Below, piece after piece: positions 38,201 to 50,805 of a stretch of DNA of 64,000 nt. Every line of letters begins with the position of its first letter. Position 1 is the stretch's first letter. The DNA is taken from assembly GCF_009914755.1 (NCBI RefSeq), contig NC_060925.1, one strand, 5' to 3'. The position numbers and the translations under genes were made by a program. The DNA is from the human T2T-CHM13v2.0 reference genome, Homo sapiens. The notes below the pieces were generated by a model. That model ran no database searches and had not been told where the DNA came from. It saw nothing but the letters and a program-made list of their open reading frames with translations.

Positions 38201-39322
38201 ACCATTGTATACAGTGTAGCTTGGGGCAGATCACATGGTATTGCCCTCTCCCTCCTCCAAAGCCTTTTACATGATAAAAATTCAGGTTCCTGAGAACACT
38301 AATGGTAAAGAAGTCATCAATGGGTGGCTGTGCAGATTACTCAGGTGGCCGGGCTGGTCTCTCCCACGGAAGGCAGTGCAGTACAGGAGAAAGCACAGCC
38401 TAGGAGTCAGGTCAGGGCTGGTTTAGAATCTTGGCTCTGCAGCCTACTCCCTAAGGCCAAGGGGTGTGACCAGGCCTGCTTCCTATCTGAAAATAGAGGA
38501 CAGTAATACCTGGAGTTGTCTAGAGGCTGACTAAAGATAGCAGGTGATGTGCCTGTTACCAAGATGACCCTCACCACACATCTCTTCCTTTCCTGCCGCT
38601 CTCCTCCTGCAGATGACTCCAGGCTCACAGGCTGACTGTATAAACATGAATTTCAGGAAAACTCTGTTAGCCAGCATTGGGGGGAGAAGCTCTCCTAGCA
38701 CCTCTCCCCTTCATTTTGCCACCTGCCTTCCAGAGCCAGCCAGGGACAGGGCAGCCTCTCTGAGAACAGTGTGAGTTCTGGTTAAGAGCAGAATCAAAGA
38801 ATCTGACCACCAGGAAGGAGCCTCTAAGATCAACCCTTCCAACTCCTTTCCATTCTGTCTGAGGAAATGGACAGAGCTAGGATTAGAACCCAGATCAAAA
38901 TTTCCAGCAGGTAGTCTGGGTCTTAGAAGGCCTAGAAGAGTAGTGTCAGTAGAAGGTGTGGGCTCAGGAGGCACAGGGGCCGGTTGCTGTGGACAGAGTG
39001 ACCTTGGGGAAGGAGCACCGGAGCTGTCTGAACCTCAGTTTCCTCATCTATAGGCTGGCGCCACACTTGCTTCTCGTGACTGTTGTTAGGAGAGATCATG
39101 AAATAAACTACCTGCACGGTGCTTGGCATAGAGTAGGCATCCAAAAATGTCAAATGAATCAAAAGAAGTTTTAGTTATAACAGCTGCAACTTGTAGAATA
39201 TAAAGCATGTGCCGGGGCTAGGAGTGCAGGGAGGAACAAGGTGCTTTCTGCCATGCAGTCAGTTGTTCACAGGAGGAAGAAATTTGAAATATTATTTGTC
39301 CCTGTTCAAGAATGTAGATGAC

Positions 39323-39478
39323 GGGCTGGGTGCGGTGGTTCATGCCTGTAGTCCCAGCACCTTGGGAGGCCGAGGTGGGAGGATTGCTTGAGGCCAGGAG
39401 TTTGAGACCAGCCTGGGCAAAACAACGAGACCAAGTCTCTACAAAAACATTTTTACAATTAAAAAACAAAAAAAAACA
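39323..39478 (+). mobile_element. Free left Alu monomer (FLAM-like)
   Basis: Single Alu left arm followed by an A-rich tail. Confidence 0.85.
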
Positions 39479-42400
39479 TAGGCAAGGAAGGGAGTGAAGA
39501 TCAAGTGGCATGGGCCTTCCCTACTCAAGGCAGCCTGATGGTGCCAGAGCCCAGGGTGGATGCTGGACCTTGACTGGTGCTCCCAGGCCACCACTGTGGC
39601 CAAGCCTGCTACTCTCTGGCACTTCCCATTCATCTCTACAAGGATACACTGGGGTACGGTGGGTTGGCTTAGGAGAAAGGGAAATTGGTGATGCCTAAGC
39701 TCTGTATTCTATGACCAGTAATTCAAAATCAGTGGCATGAAATCCCCAATATGACCTTTCTTCTGTCATTTCCCATGTGCTACTTCAAATCCAATGCAGA
39801 ATAGTTTCAAGTTTATCAGAGGATGGACCCGAGCTCATGCTTTCTTATTGTGGATCACCGGGCAGGGAGCTGAGAGACCCTGCGTCTCCCCCACATGTCT
39901 GGGGACAGGTGGCAGGAGGAAGATAGGAACTCCATAGGGAGAATAGAGTGGCCCTGATTCGGGTCTGGGGAAGTGACCGAGGTGACACTGGGCCTCATCA
40001 TGAACAGTAATTTACGACCTTATTGGGAACGGTATGGACTCCTCTTTATGTCTGAAGTTTCCATTTGTAAAACGGGAGCAGCCTGTCCCAGGGTGGGCCC
40101 TCATCACACCCCCTTTGAGTGTCCCCTGCAGCCTGCCTCCAGGATCAGGGTAGACTCTGTCATCCAAGGAGGCCTGGATTCTCTGCTGTGTCTTTCCTGT
40201 TCCCTACACAGGATTCACTTTGAAGTTCTGAGGCACTTCTGAGTGAAGGCAGGATTCCTGGAGGGAGAAATCACTTCAGGCGCCTCTTATACCAGGCGCC
40301 TCTTGTACCTGAACGTGTTTTGACTCAGGAACAAAGTACACTGCAAATGTAGCTTGAGAGCTGGGGAGCCCTCCACATCCAAGCTGGCTTTGAGTTTTGA
40401 TCCCAAATTGGAACCTTTCAAGTCATTTCACATTTGGCCAAACAAGGTTCTTCAGTTTCTTATTTTTCCTCCTTTTCTTATAAAAGGATACAGAGCTGAA
40501 AGGACCCCTGGGCACTTGTAGGTTCTTAGGAAATCACACTGCTGCATTCCCTGTGATTGAATTGGATGCTGTCTGATGAAAACTACATCTCTGTCCATGT
40601 GGGCTCTGAGATGAATGGGGCTGGGGGGAGTCACCTGGGGGCATTCTGGGTTTGGGGACTGGGCAGATTTAAAAACCTAAACTTTCAGATGTTCGGCTTC
40701 CAAGGGGGTCGGGTTTACTGGTTCCTGGGAGAAATGGCAGCCACGAGGCTGAAAAAATCTTTTGAAATTGTCAGCATCAGGGAAGCCACTGCCCAAGTCA
40801 TTACAAATGAAACCTTAGGTACCTGCAGATCCTACAGTGATGTATTCCCCTGTTTCGGAAAAGCAAACAAATGAGCAGACCAGACTCCCTGGGGCCTCTG
40901 GGATCATGCTCACTGCTTTCCCTGAAAACCCGGCTGCCTTCTGAAAGCAGACCAGGCATCACGTCTCAGAGCCAACCCCACACAGCAAAGAGTGACTCAC
41001 CAGCCTGACCCTCCCAGTTCTTTCGAAACCATGGAGACCTTGCCTTAGAACTCCTTCTAGGTGGCCTTCAGTGTAGGTAACAATCTTCTCTACCACGGGA
41101 GGCCCTGGATAACTTACAAATGTAATATTTAGAACCTAGCTCTGCCTGCGTGGAGAGTGCAATTTCAGGAATAGCAACACATGCTATGTGAGCCCCAGGG
41201 GGACAGAGACTTTGCACAACTCATTTGCCACTGTTTGCACTGGACCTTGCAAAATACTCAGCATATAGGCATAAAAATGTTGGCTGAATGAAACCATACA
41301 CCTCAGAGGCACTTACGTGAAATAGCATATGACACTGATTTTGGTTTCTTTTAAACTCTAATCTCCCTAAATGTTTGATTGGTCCTTTCTAAACTTGATT
41401 CCATCTTTTTATCTAGAGTGTTGTTGAAGGGAGGACTTCTGGATAAAGGATCCAGGATCCTAAGTCCTCTAATTTAGCACTTAGGGCAACAGGAATCTTT
41501 AAGTGGATGGCAGCTACAATTAAGGACCCCAAATTCCAAGTTTTTGCTTCCATCGTCTGTTCTTCTGACCCTTGCAACCTGTCTCAAAGAGGCACAGTGC
41601 TGTGATCTCTGCTGTTGAAAGAGCTGCCCCCAGAAATTTCTATAACTGGATACCCAGCACCTCTGTGCTGTTTCCAGGCTGTCTGAAAACCTGAATGTGA
41701 AGAGAATGTTCCAGATACTAACGGGTTGTGGGTGGTCCTATCCCCTGTAGAGAAGAGCCCTTTCCTGCAACCGCTCATAACCAGCAGCTCTCACAGCCCC
41801 AAGCACACAGTGTCTTGGGGATTCTGGGCAGTTAGTGCCTCTTCTTCCTAGACTGCCCCGTGTGTGTCTGTGTCCATCCCTGCAACTATGTGCTACATGG
41901 TTGGTTCATTTACTTATTGTTATGCTCCTCAATATCCTTCCATATTCCCACCCTTCAAACCACTGTGCTGGAGCCTCTCACACACACTAGGGCAGGCTGC
42001 GTCTATACCGATGAGCTCCACCACACTTCAAAATACACAGTCCTTCCCTAGGAGTGAGATGTTCAGAACTTTCTCTTTCCCCAAGGCTCAAGTGGAGACA
42101 GAAAAGACAGAAACATGCTACTATTGGTCTCTGGGGAAAATAAACAAAAATGCCATAAATGCCTGGGTAGAAAATTTCATTTTACAATTGTGATATCATC
42201 TCCTGAAACTGTCCTTCTACCCTTTCTAAATGCAGAAGCCCCCGTGTGCCCTTTGGTAAAAGTAGCTGTGTGTGTAGTGGCTGCCATCTGTAATGAGGCT
42301 ATTCTCTAGGAAATGGACTTTGCCATCTTGTTCTCCCTCTAGACTGTAAACTCTTCAAAAGAAGGAATTATGTCCTTTCCTTTCTTTGTAATTCCCCAGT

Positions 42401-45400
42401 GCCCAATTCGGTGTTGCTCTGGCCTAGCAGGTGTTCAATAGTCACTGGTGACAACATAAACTGAGTTCTTAGCACTTAACAATGAGAAATTCCCCACATT
42501 TATTGTCAGAGCTTTTTTAGTTTTTAAAGATTTCTTGCATTCAATGTGTGCGTGTGTGTGCACGCACATGAAAGAGACAGATGGAGGTGAGGGCCTCAGG
42601 GAGGAAGAGAACCCGAGAGTGGAAAGCACTAAGATACACGCAGACAAGGCAAAGCACACAGGCCCACAGCAAGCCAGGGCCCACAGGGACACACAGGGAT
42701 GCAGGAAGCTCCTTCCAGCTCCAATTTTATACAGTCATTGATTTTAAAACATTACAGCCATCATTCTGGTTCAATGCTTTGAAATTTTGGGTGCTTTATC
42801 TGACAACACAGCTATGGGGACCCATATACGCTCCAGAATCTTCCCACTATCCATGAGTGCAATAGTGCAGGCCTTAAAACATGCGACCCACATCTTCGTA
42901 GTGGGCTTCCAAACTCTTGCCACCTTTGGTGAGGCTGCCAAAGCGTTTCCTTCCAAATTATCAACTCCTTCATGAAGCCAGGTATCAACTATGAGATTGT
43001 TGACATGTCAGTGTGACAGCTGTCACTCAAACACTGACCCTCACAAAGTGCTCTCCACTCCGCTAGGGAGAGGAGGTGCCATGCGGCAGAGACCATGCGC
43101 CAAGAGTTGAAGGGTCAGGACAAGTCATGGCATTCTCCAAGGGGTCATGTCCTCATCTGTAAAAGGAGGCCAACAACCTCTGCCTGGCTCACTGGCTGAA
43201 GTGGGGTTCCATGGCCACGTGGGAGACTAACGGGCATTGTGGGGCGGCAGCAGTAAGAGCTTGCGGCCACCCAGCGGGCAGCAGAGCCTCTCTGCTGCTG
43301 GGATTTCTCAGGGATGATAACTAAACTAGAAAGACAAACTCTTTTCTATGCAATAATTATTTTATTGTTTTGCTTTAAGAAAATGCCTATAAAAGTATCA
43401 AATTGCTTTCCCCCTGTTAGATTGTAATCAGAACATGTTAAATAGACAATGTACCTTGGTGATCAAGAACATGAGCTTTGAAGTGACAAAGATCCATGCT
43501 ATAGTCCCAGCTCCCCCTCTTCCTAGCTGTGACTGAGCAAGTTACTGAACCTTTAGAAGGCTGGGTTTGCTCAGTGGCTAAAGGGGGTCAATAGTACCTG
43601 CTTCCAAATGGCATTAAAAGTTAAGATTAAAGGAGACACTGTGTCAAACACTTTGAGCAGTAGCCTGACACCTATGTAGTAAGCTCTCAAAATTAATGGT
43701 GGCTGTTCTTATTGTTCAGTATGTCCTCTTGGTATCTGAGTCATCTTACGTAGACACAGCTTAGAATACACAAATAACCAAAATAGCACCTGAACAACCA
43801 AAATTGTGTCACAGTGTACATGTCTAAAAGTCTGGAGACCGTATTCACAGAGAGTCATGCTAGGTTCTCTCTTATTTATTGAGATTTTATATAAAACTCT
43901 TAGTGCATTAATAACAACAGACAAGTGATTGACCACATACTATGGGCTGGGCACTTCATTAAATGGGTGGATTTGTTATTTCACTGACTCTTCCCAGTCC
44001 CACAAGCCAAGTAGGACTCATCACCCCCATTTTACAGAGGAAGAAATGGAGGCTGATAGAGGCTATGTGACTTGCCCCAGGTGAAGTGATTGAGTAGGAT
44101 GCCAGGATGTGAAGCCAGTCCGTCTGAGGTCAGCTTGCACTGGTAATTGATATGCTATGCTCCCTCCATGACCAGCCTGGTGAACCTTCCTCCTGGCTCA
44201 CAGCAGGTTAGAAAAGAAATTGGGGGTGAGGGACAGCTGCAGCGACAGGTACCCTGAGTGTGACAGGCACACTGACAGCTGATGGATTGACAGTGAAAGA
44301 GGAACGGGAAAGGGACAGAAAACTCAAAGAGAAAGACTTCCACAGCAGAACTGTCCACACCATTACTGCAGGGGTCAGAGAGTTCTAACATATCTAAAAG
44401 CCCCTTAGAGCATCATAATTCCACAGCCCAGTGCAATAATTTTCACTATGTCATCAAGAAAAATCAAATTGTGCAAATCGTGTGCTTAGGAAGACAGAAA
44501 GATGAGGAGTTAAAAGTGTGGGTGATCTATGAAAAGGGTCGATTCCTTTGTGACAGTTCGTCTATGTTGAATACCCTATGACAACAGTGCATAACTAAGG
44601 CACCATCTTTTAAAAAGATGATACACAATTAAAGTGAGAATGAGAGAAATGCAAACCTCTAGGCACATCTGGATAACTTGTTCACGAATCCTTACCTCTT
44701 AGTTTAACCCACTGCTTAATTCAACCCAGTTTCTATCAAGTCTTGAAAGAAATAATCCTTTAGTCCCCTCTGTGCCTCTCAGTTTAGAATCACCACTTTG
44801 TACCTTTAGCCAGTGTTGCATTGAAAGTGCTCACCAACAAATGCCATCAGACAATTTAAAGGGATGTCTATTGAAAACGGAGATGTAAACCTTATTAAAA
44901 AAACAAAAACCCTAGGGAAAAAAGACGCTAAGTGGCCTTCCTGGCACAGGCAGCTGTCAGCCAGGGTTTTCCCATCTACTCATAGTGGAGGATGGCAGAG
45001 GAAAGGGGACATGTTAGGCCAGAAGACTCATTTTCAACCCAAAGCCACTCTCGGCTCCCTGTTTTTAACCTTAGATTTTGTTTTATGCCTATCCAATCAT
45101 ATTCTCTAGTCTCCATAAAGACTGCTTACAAGTCCCAAAATAAAGCTTATCAGAACCTGACTGCTTGAAACACATTTAAACCAAATTTGAAAAGATTTGA
45201 AAACAGGCATTTCAAATTGATAAAATCGTAACAACGATATCTTTAAAGGGCCCTCTCTGTCTGGTTATCTGAGTAGGGAGAAGCCTCCAGAACTAGGGAA
45301 GAGCCCCTTCCATCAGAGGTCCACGGCCTACCAGCAGCATCCAGATAACAGGAAGGCTATTCCCACTGGAAGCAAAAGAGATGACCTTGTCCCTTGAGGC

Positions 45401-45590
45401 TAGGGCGACCAGATTTAGGAAATAAAAATTCAAGACACTCAGTTATTAATATATTTGAATTTCAGATAAGGAAAGAATAATTTTTTATACTAAGTATGTC
45501 CCATATATCGACATGCTCATATTAAAACATTATTTGCTTATCTGAAATTCAAATTTATCTGTGTATCCTGTATTTTATCTGGCATCTCTA
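45401..45590. mobile_element. MER53 palindromic MITE
   Basis: tagggcgaccagatttaggaaataaaaat...tttgaatttcagataag / cttatctgaaattcaaa...tattttatctggcatctcta. About 190 bp, self-complementary. Confidence 0.85.
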
Positions 45591-46731
45591 GGCTAGGCTC
45601 CAATTCCCTGGGGGATTTGCGATGGGTGGGAAGTGGAGTGAGGGGAGTTCTAATGATCAGCCTAGGAGTATGACAAAACCAATGGGAAGGGCTGGCCTTC
45701 TGGCTCCCTTCCCTCCTTCCCCCATCCTTCTCCAAAGAGATTCCATGGCTCCAGCCAACCCCACTCCACATCCCTAGAGAGGCCGTCTCTGATCCTTCTG
45801 AGCAATAGTCACCCTCCATGACACACGTCCTACCCTGACTTCCTCCCACACAGAGGTGCACACTTGTAGAGATGCTGTAAACTTGTAAGAACTCATTTGT
45901 TTCCATATTCCATTGTTTTGCTTTGTTTCCCAAACAAGGCTGCAAATAGGCTTTGAAGCGGCTCCTGACTTGAGGTTTCTTCACTTTTTTCTTTCCCCAT
46001 ATAGACCCCTCCTACCCACTATACTCAGATGCTGAGAAACACATTGGAGCTTGTTCTCTTCGGGCATACTTTCAAGATCTGAGTTAAAGCAAGAGCTGAA
46101 CCAGCATGTCCAACTTGCCTAGCAGAAGTGTTTACAGGCTTTTCCCCTGCAGACACTGCCTTGACTCCGCCAGTGGAAGCCCTGTCCTTCTCACTACTTC
46201 ATACTACTGATTAGTGGTCTTTCGTGAATCACAATCTATAGTCATAGAGATTTAATAAAAACAGGGAGGAAAGAGCTCTTGCTTTCAGGCATCCAAGGGT
46301 GTGCTTGCAGCAAAACATTTACAGCTAAGCCATAAAGTGCATGGAAATATGGAGGAAACAGCGACACAACAATAAAACGAGGGGTAAGATTAATGACATG
46401 ATACAATCTGTTCCCATTTGGTGCAGAGAAAATTAATTTTTGAAGACATTTCATTTAACTTTGCAATATTTTGTAATTTAACCTTTAATGTTCGCAACTT
46501 TTTCTTTTATCTGCTCTCCTCTTTAAGCCTAAGGATGAGGGAAGCAAGTTTTACATCTAATTGTAAATATGGCTTCACGGCAGCTGATCTCTGCTCTGGA
46601 GAAAAGTGAGAAAGATGTATTCAGAGAAGAAAAGTTATTGCCCATCATAATTCACAGCTCTTCCTCCTACTGATCTTCTTCCTCCCTTTAATAATACAAA
46701 ATACAACTTCCGAAAGAATGAGATGTGTTAC

Positions 46732-46920
46732 CTTCCAGAGCAAGGCACCGGGGTGGGCTGGACGACCAGATAAGGTTTTGTAAGCACTCAAGATACGCAG
46801 ACCCATCAAGTTTAAATCCGGGAAAGCAGCGATAGGAGATCACAGTCCCCACCGGGAAGGAGGTCTGGAGCTCAGAGATGTTTACATAGCCATTAGAAGA
46901 GGCTAGAGGTCTCAGGCAGC
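46732..46920 (-). CDS. SUSD4: SUSD4 coding exon, sushi domain 3 (probably exon 5)
   Basis: (G)[62 protein letters not shown]. Acceptor ccacag|, donor G|gtaaca. 189 nt, phase 1-1. Confidence 0.97.
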
Positions 46921-47499
46921 CTGTGGAAGGTGAAAGAAAAAGGGAAAGATTCCACTCTGTCATCTCTGTACATCGAAAAGTCACACAGAACACTGGAACT
47001 TTTTAGGATTCCCCCACCTCTGAAGGTGAAAATGGCACCACCTCTGAAGAATGAAGCACCTTGGTCTCAAATACTCAGGTTCCTTATTCTAGTTATCATG
47101 TAGGTATTTGCTCCGCTATTTGAAAATGGCACCAAGAGGGTCAGAGGAGTAGTTAAGACAGAGGGAGGGTGGTGAATGTCTGACTGTGGATTGTACACCC
47201 TCAGGCCACGTGTTCTGGCTCTGACTGCGTTTCAGCATCACCTGAGAAGCTTTTATAAAACACCAGTACCTGGGCCCCATGCCCAGGCTCTGAGGACAGG
47301 TTGAGAATCACCGAGGTGCTGTAAGAGGAAAGAGACACCGCCAGTGGTTTCAGTGGTGGTGAGAGCAGCTTCAGAAGCTTAGGTTCCAAACTGAATTCCA
47401 CTATAGTGGATTTGGGGACAGAAATCTGCCTGAGATGGTGGCCTTAAATTTCTGAAAACCCAGTTGTGTTTTATGTAAAACAGATGAGGAATCCCACAG

Positions 47500-47690
47500 T
47501 GTAGTGGTTCTCAAACTCGAGAATGATCCGGAGGGCTTGTTAGACACAGGCTGCTGGGCCCACCTGCAGAGCTTCTGTTTCAGCAGGTCTGGGGCAGAGG
47601 GAGCCTGACAACTGCACTGCCAACATCCAGGCACTGCTGCTGCTGCTGCTGCCACTGCCAGGCTCGGGACCACACTCAGAACCACTGATG
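47500..47690. mobile_element. MER5A-like DNA transposon (others at about 29790, 30100, 47200, 57700, 59650, 60050)
   Basis: tagtggttctcaaact...gggcttgttagacacaggctgctgggccc...accacactcagaaccactg. Confidence 0.7.
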
Positions 47691-50109
47691 TCCTGAGTCT
47701 GTGCATCGAGCACAGCATGCTGTGTGCAATAGTGTGGAAGTGGGACCTGGATCCCACACTCCTTCTGTGAAACACTAAGCAGCCTGTTTGCCCTGAAGCC
47801 TGTGCAGCCAGTAGAACACTCCTGGTGGCAGAGAATTCTGTTGTGTGTGGCATCCACTGTGATCAGGGCATTTCTTATTGCTTCAGCAGTTTCACTGGAG
47901 AGAATAATGACACTGCAGAGCCGGTGTTCTTCCAGGAGAGAACTAATTGTGTGTGAAGTAAATAATGTATAATGAAAATACCCACTTTCCCTTCCAAGTC
48001 ACCAGATACAGATTGTATGTGTCCCATGCACAGCAGCAGATGACTGAACCCTTCTCCTAAGCTGACTTTGTTGGACATTGTAAGTATCTTGAAGGGATCT
48101 CTCAGCAAATTGCTTTGGTTGAAACCCCAGTATATGGTGTCTGTGCATCAGAGCAGGTGAGGGTAAGGCGGGTGCAGAATTTGAGGCACTCACTGTCGTG
48201 GTTGGGCAGTGCCAATCCTGCACTGCTGTGTCCTGGGGCCATGCGGCTCTGCAGACCAAGCAGATCATAGCTTTGAATTGGCCAACATTTGGGATGCACC
48301 ATACCCTAAAAGGTATGGAGCTCAGCCATCTTTGTAGACAGTCCCATAACCTTAGGTTATTATTATTGTTTTCTTGAGCTGAAAACTGACAATGTTTATA
48401 GTAAAAGTGAAGTGTATGTGTGTTTATGTGGTGGGGAGGAGGTTGGGGATCAGGAATAAACAGACTCAATAATTGAGAAAAAAAGAGAAGCACATTAACG
48501 TGAACAAGTGAGTGCCTTAGAACCCTTAAGTGTAGTTCAAATGAGTTGGCACAAATGATTGTGCTCGCTCTTCTTCCTAGGAAGGAATTGTAGTTCTAAA
48601 CTACCCACACAGATAAGCTGGTTTCTCTCAAATAAAAACTAACTCTGACTCAGAGTAAGGTTATAATTCATGCAGTTAATCACAGGAGAAGGAAAGATAT
48701 TCTCACTCTTGGTTAGAGACAGCCTGTCCTAAATGTAACAGTCGAAAATGGGCTTCAACTCAATAGTTCAATGTGATTTCCATTTGCACTTCTAGATAAT
48801 AGAGAGAGGCCTCCTCAGGCTTTAGCTCCTGGATCTATAGGTGCAAATACAACTTAGAGAATGAAATGTCACTCTTAGGGCCAATTACATTCCCCCTGGG
48901 GGCTCAGAGGGGTGTCAGACTGTCCAAGGCAACTTCAGTTCCTCATTTCCTATGGTGTGCCAGGCAAGCAGCCAGTGAGCAACACTGGAGCAGTGGCAGC
49001 TCCAGCAGGCAGGACCTATCTTTCTGTGCAGCAAGATGTGGGGTGCACTAGAGGGTAGGGCACAGGCCAGGGCACCCACCCCCTCTGTGGGACAGAGGCC
49101 TCTGAGGAGGAGGGAGAGGTGGGCAGGGCTTGCATCGTTTAAAGAAGCATACCTCTGCAGGGTAACCGACTGGCTCTGTTGTTGCAGACCTAGAAAAACT
49201 ATGTCTTGACTGGGATTTGAGGAAGGGGAGGTGGAGAAGGGGCAACAGTGGCCAGAAAGAGCAGCAGGAAAGCCTGGGTCTAAAGCCTCAAAATGACACT
49301 TTGAGAGGCACACCAACACAGGGTATTTCTTTTTCTAATCACTGGGGAAAAAAGAACTCCTAAAGGAGCATCTTGTATTTAAGTGACAGAAAAGGAAACA
49401 GAAAGGATGGGAGAACAAAAGGTTATGTGGAAAACAGGAAGGGAAGAAGTGGCTGCAGTCCGGGGTTGTTTTCCTGGCCATCACTCTGATCGTGTCGGAG
49501 GACTGAAACGGATCAGCAGGTAATAAAGTTTATTTGAATAAGCAGCCCAACTTAACAGCCAGCTGCTTGTTTTGTAGACACCTGAAAATGTAAATAAATC
49601 CTGTCTCCTTTAAAAATGCAACACAGAACATGCTCAGCAACACTGGCAGTTCCTGGGAGAGACCAGGGGAGCGTGATGGTCCGGGCTGCTTTCGTCCTTC
49701 TTATGCTCAAGCCTCTCTTCCTTCAAGGGGTCACGACTTTTAAGCTCTCATGTAAGGAAACTATTTATTTCCAAGAACAGGGCACCCAAAGCAATATCAG
49801 AGTATGCCAGCTGTGATTTCCAAGCACAAAGTTAACATTCATCTCAGCTTGAGCACGCTGGTGCTTTTGGAGCAAATGAGATTGCTCTCCTTCTCCCTCA
49901 AATTATGAATTATGCATTGCCTTCTTGGTTCTTTGGTCGAAGTCACACGTCAAAAAATAAAATCAGAATTACTCTGAACTTGAGGGTTTATTTTCACAAA
50001 CAGGGCCCTCTATGATGGCCCAGGCAAATCTAAAAAAATGCAAGGGAATAAATATTCACCAGCTTGTTCGGATGAAATTTGAATTTGATAATTTTTCTGC
50101 TCTTCATGC

Positions 50110-50115
<6 letters not shown>

Positions 50116-50182
<67 letters not shown>
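50116..50182. repeat. (TA)n(CA)n microsatellite
   Basis: About 28 TA units followed by CA units. Confidence 0.97.
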
Positions 50183-50631
50183 TGTTAAGAGAAAACAGCC
50201 TCTGTTAAAGATTGGCTTTAACTATATTTTCACCACTATTGAAATAAGTACAAATGCTCTGTTATTTCCATTAAATATATAATAGTTCATCATTATGTTA
50301 GCAGCTCAGTTACAAGTCTCCTGATTCTTAAACTACTTTTGATATTTTGGAGTAAAAGAGACATCCAACATTCCAAGGAATAAGGTGTTTCCTGTTTATC
50401 CTTTAAAACTGGGTGTATGGAGCTGAGCAAGCTACAAGGAGTGGTGATGGAGAGTCCAAAAACAGAGCTTTGGCAATTGTAGTAAAGATGCAACTGGATC
50501 CATGTGGGGTAGATGGCTTTGTTCATTTCGCCCATCATCTCTATCACTTTATTAGATAAACATGTACACAGTCTACAATAAAGTCCGAGAGAATAATAGC
50601 CCAGCTGAGAACTGAAGCATCAGTCCCGTAC

Positions 50632-50805
50632 CTTGACAGATGGGCAGATTATTCCACGTTCCATCATCGCGACATAATGAAACCATATTGTGTAGGTCGG
50701 GGTACCGGATCTTGAATCCTTCATGACAAGTGATGATTAGCTTCTCTCCATGTCTATATGTCTTGTTATGAATCTCAGCATCTTCGATTTGAGGGATACG
50801 GCAAT
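50632..50805 (-). CDS. SUSD4: SUSD4 coding exon, sushi/CCP domain 2 (probably exon 4)
   Basis: Translates (D)[57 protein letters not shown] with the C-C-C-W-C sushi pattern. Acceptor ttgcag| at 50806, donor G|gtacgg at 50631. 174 nt, phase 1-1. Confidence 0.97.
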
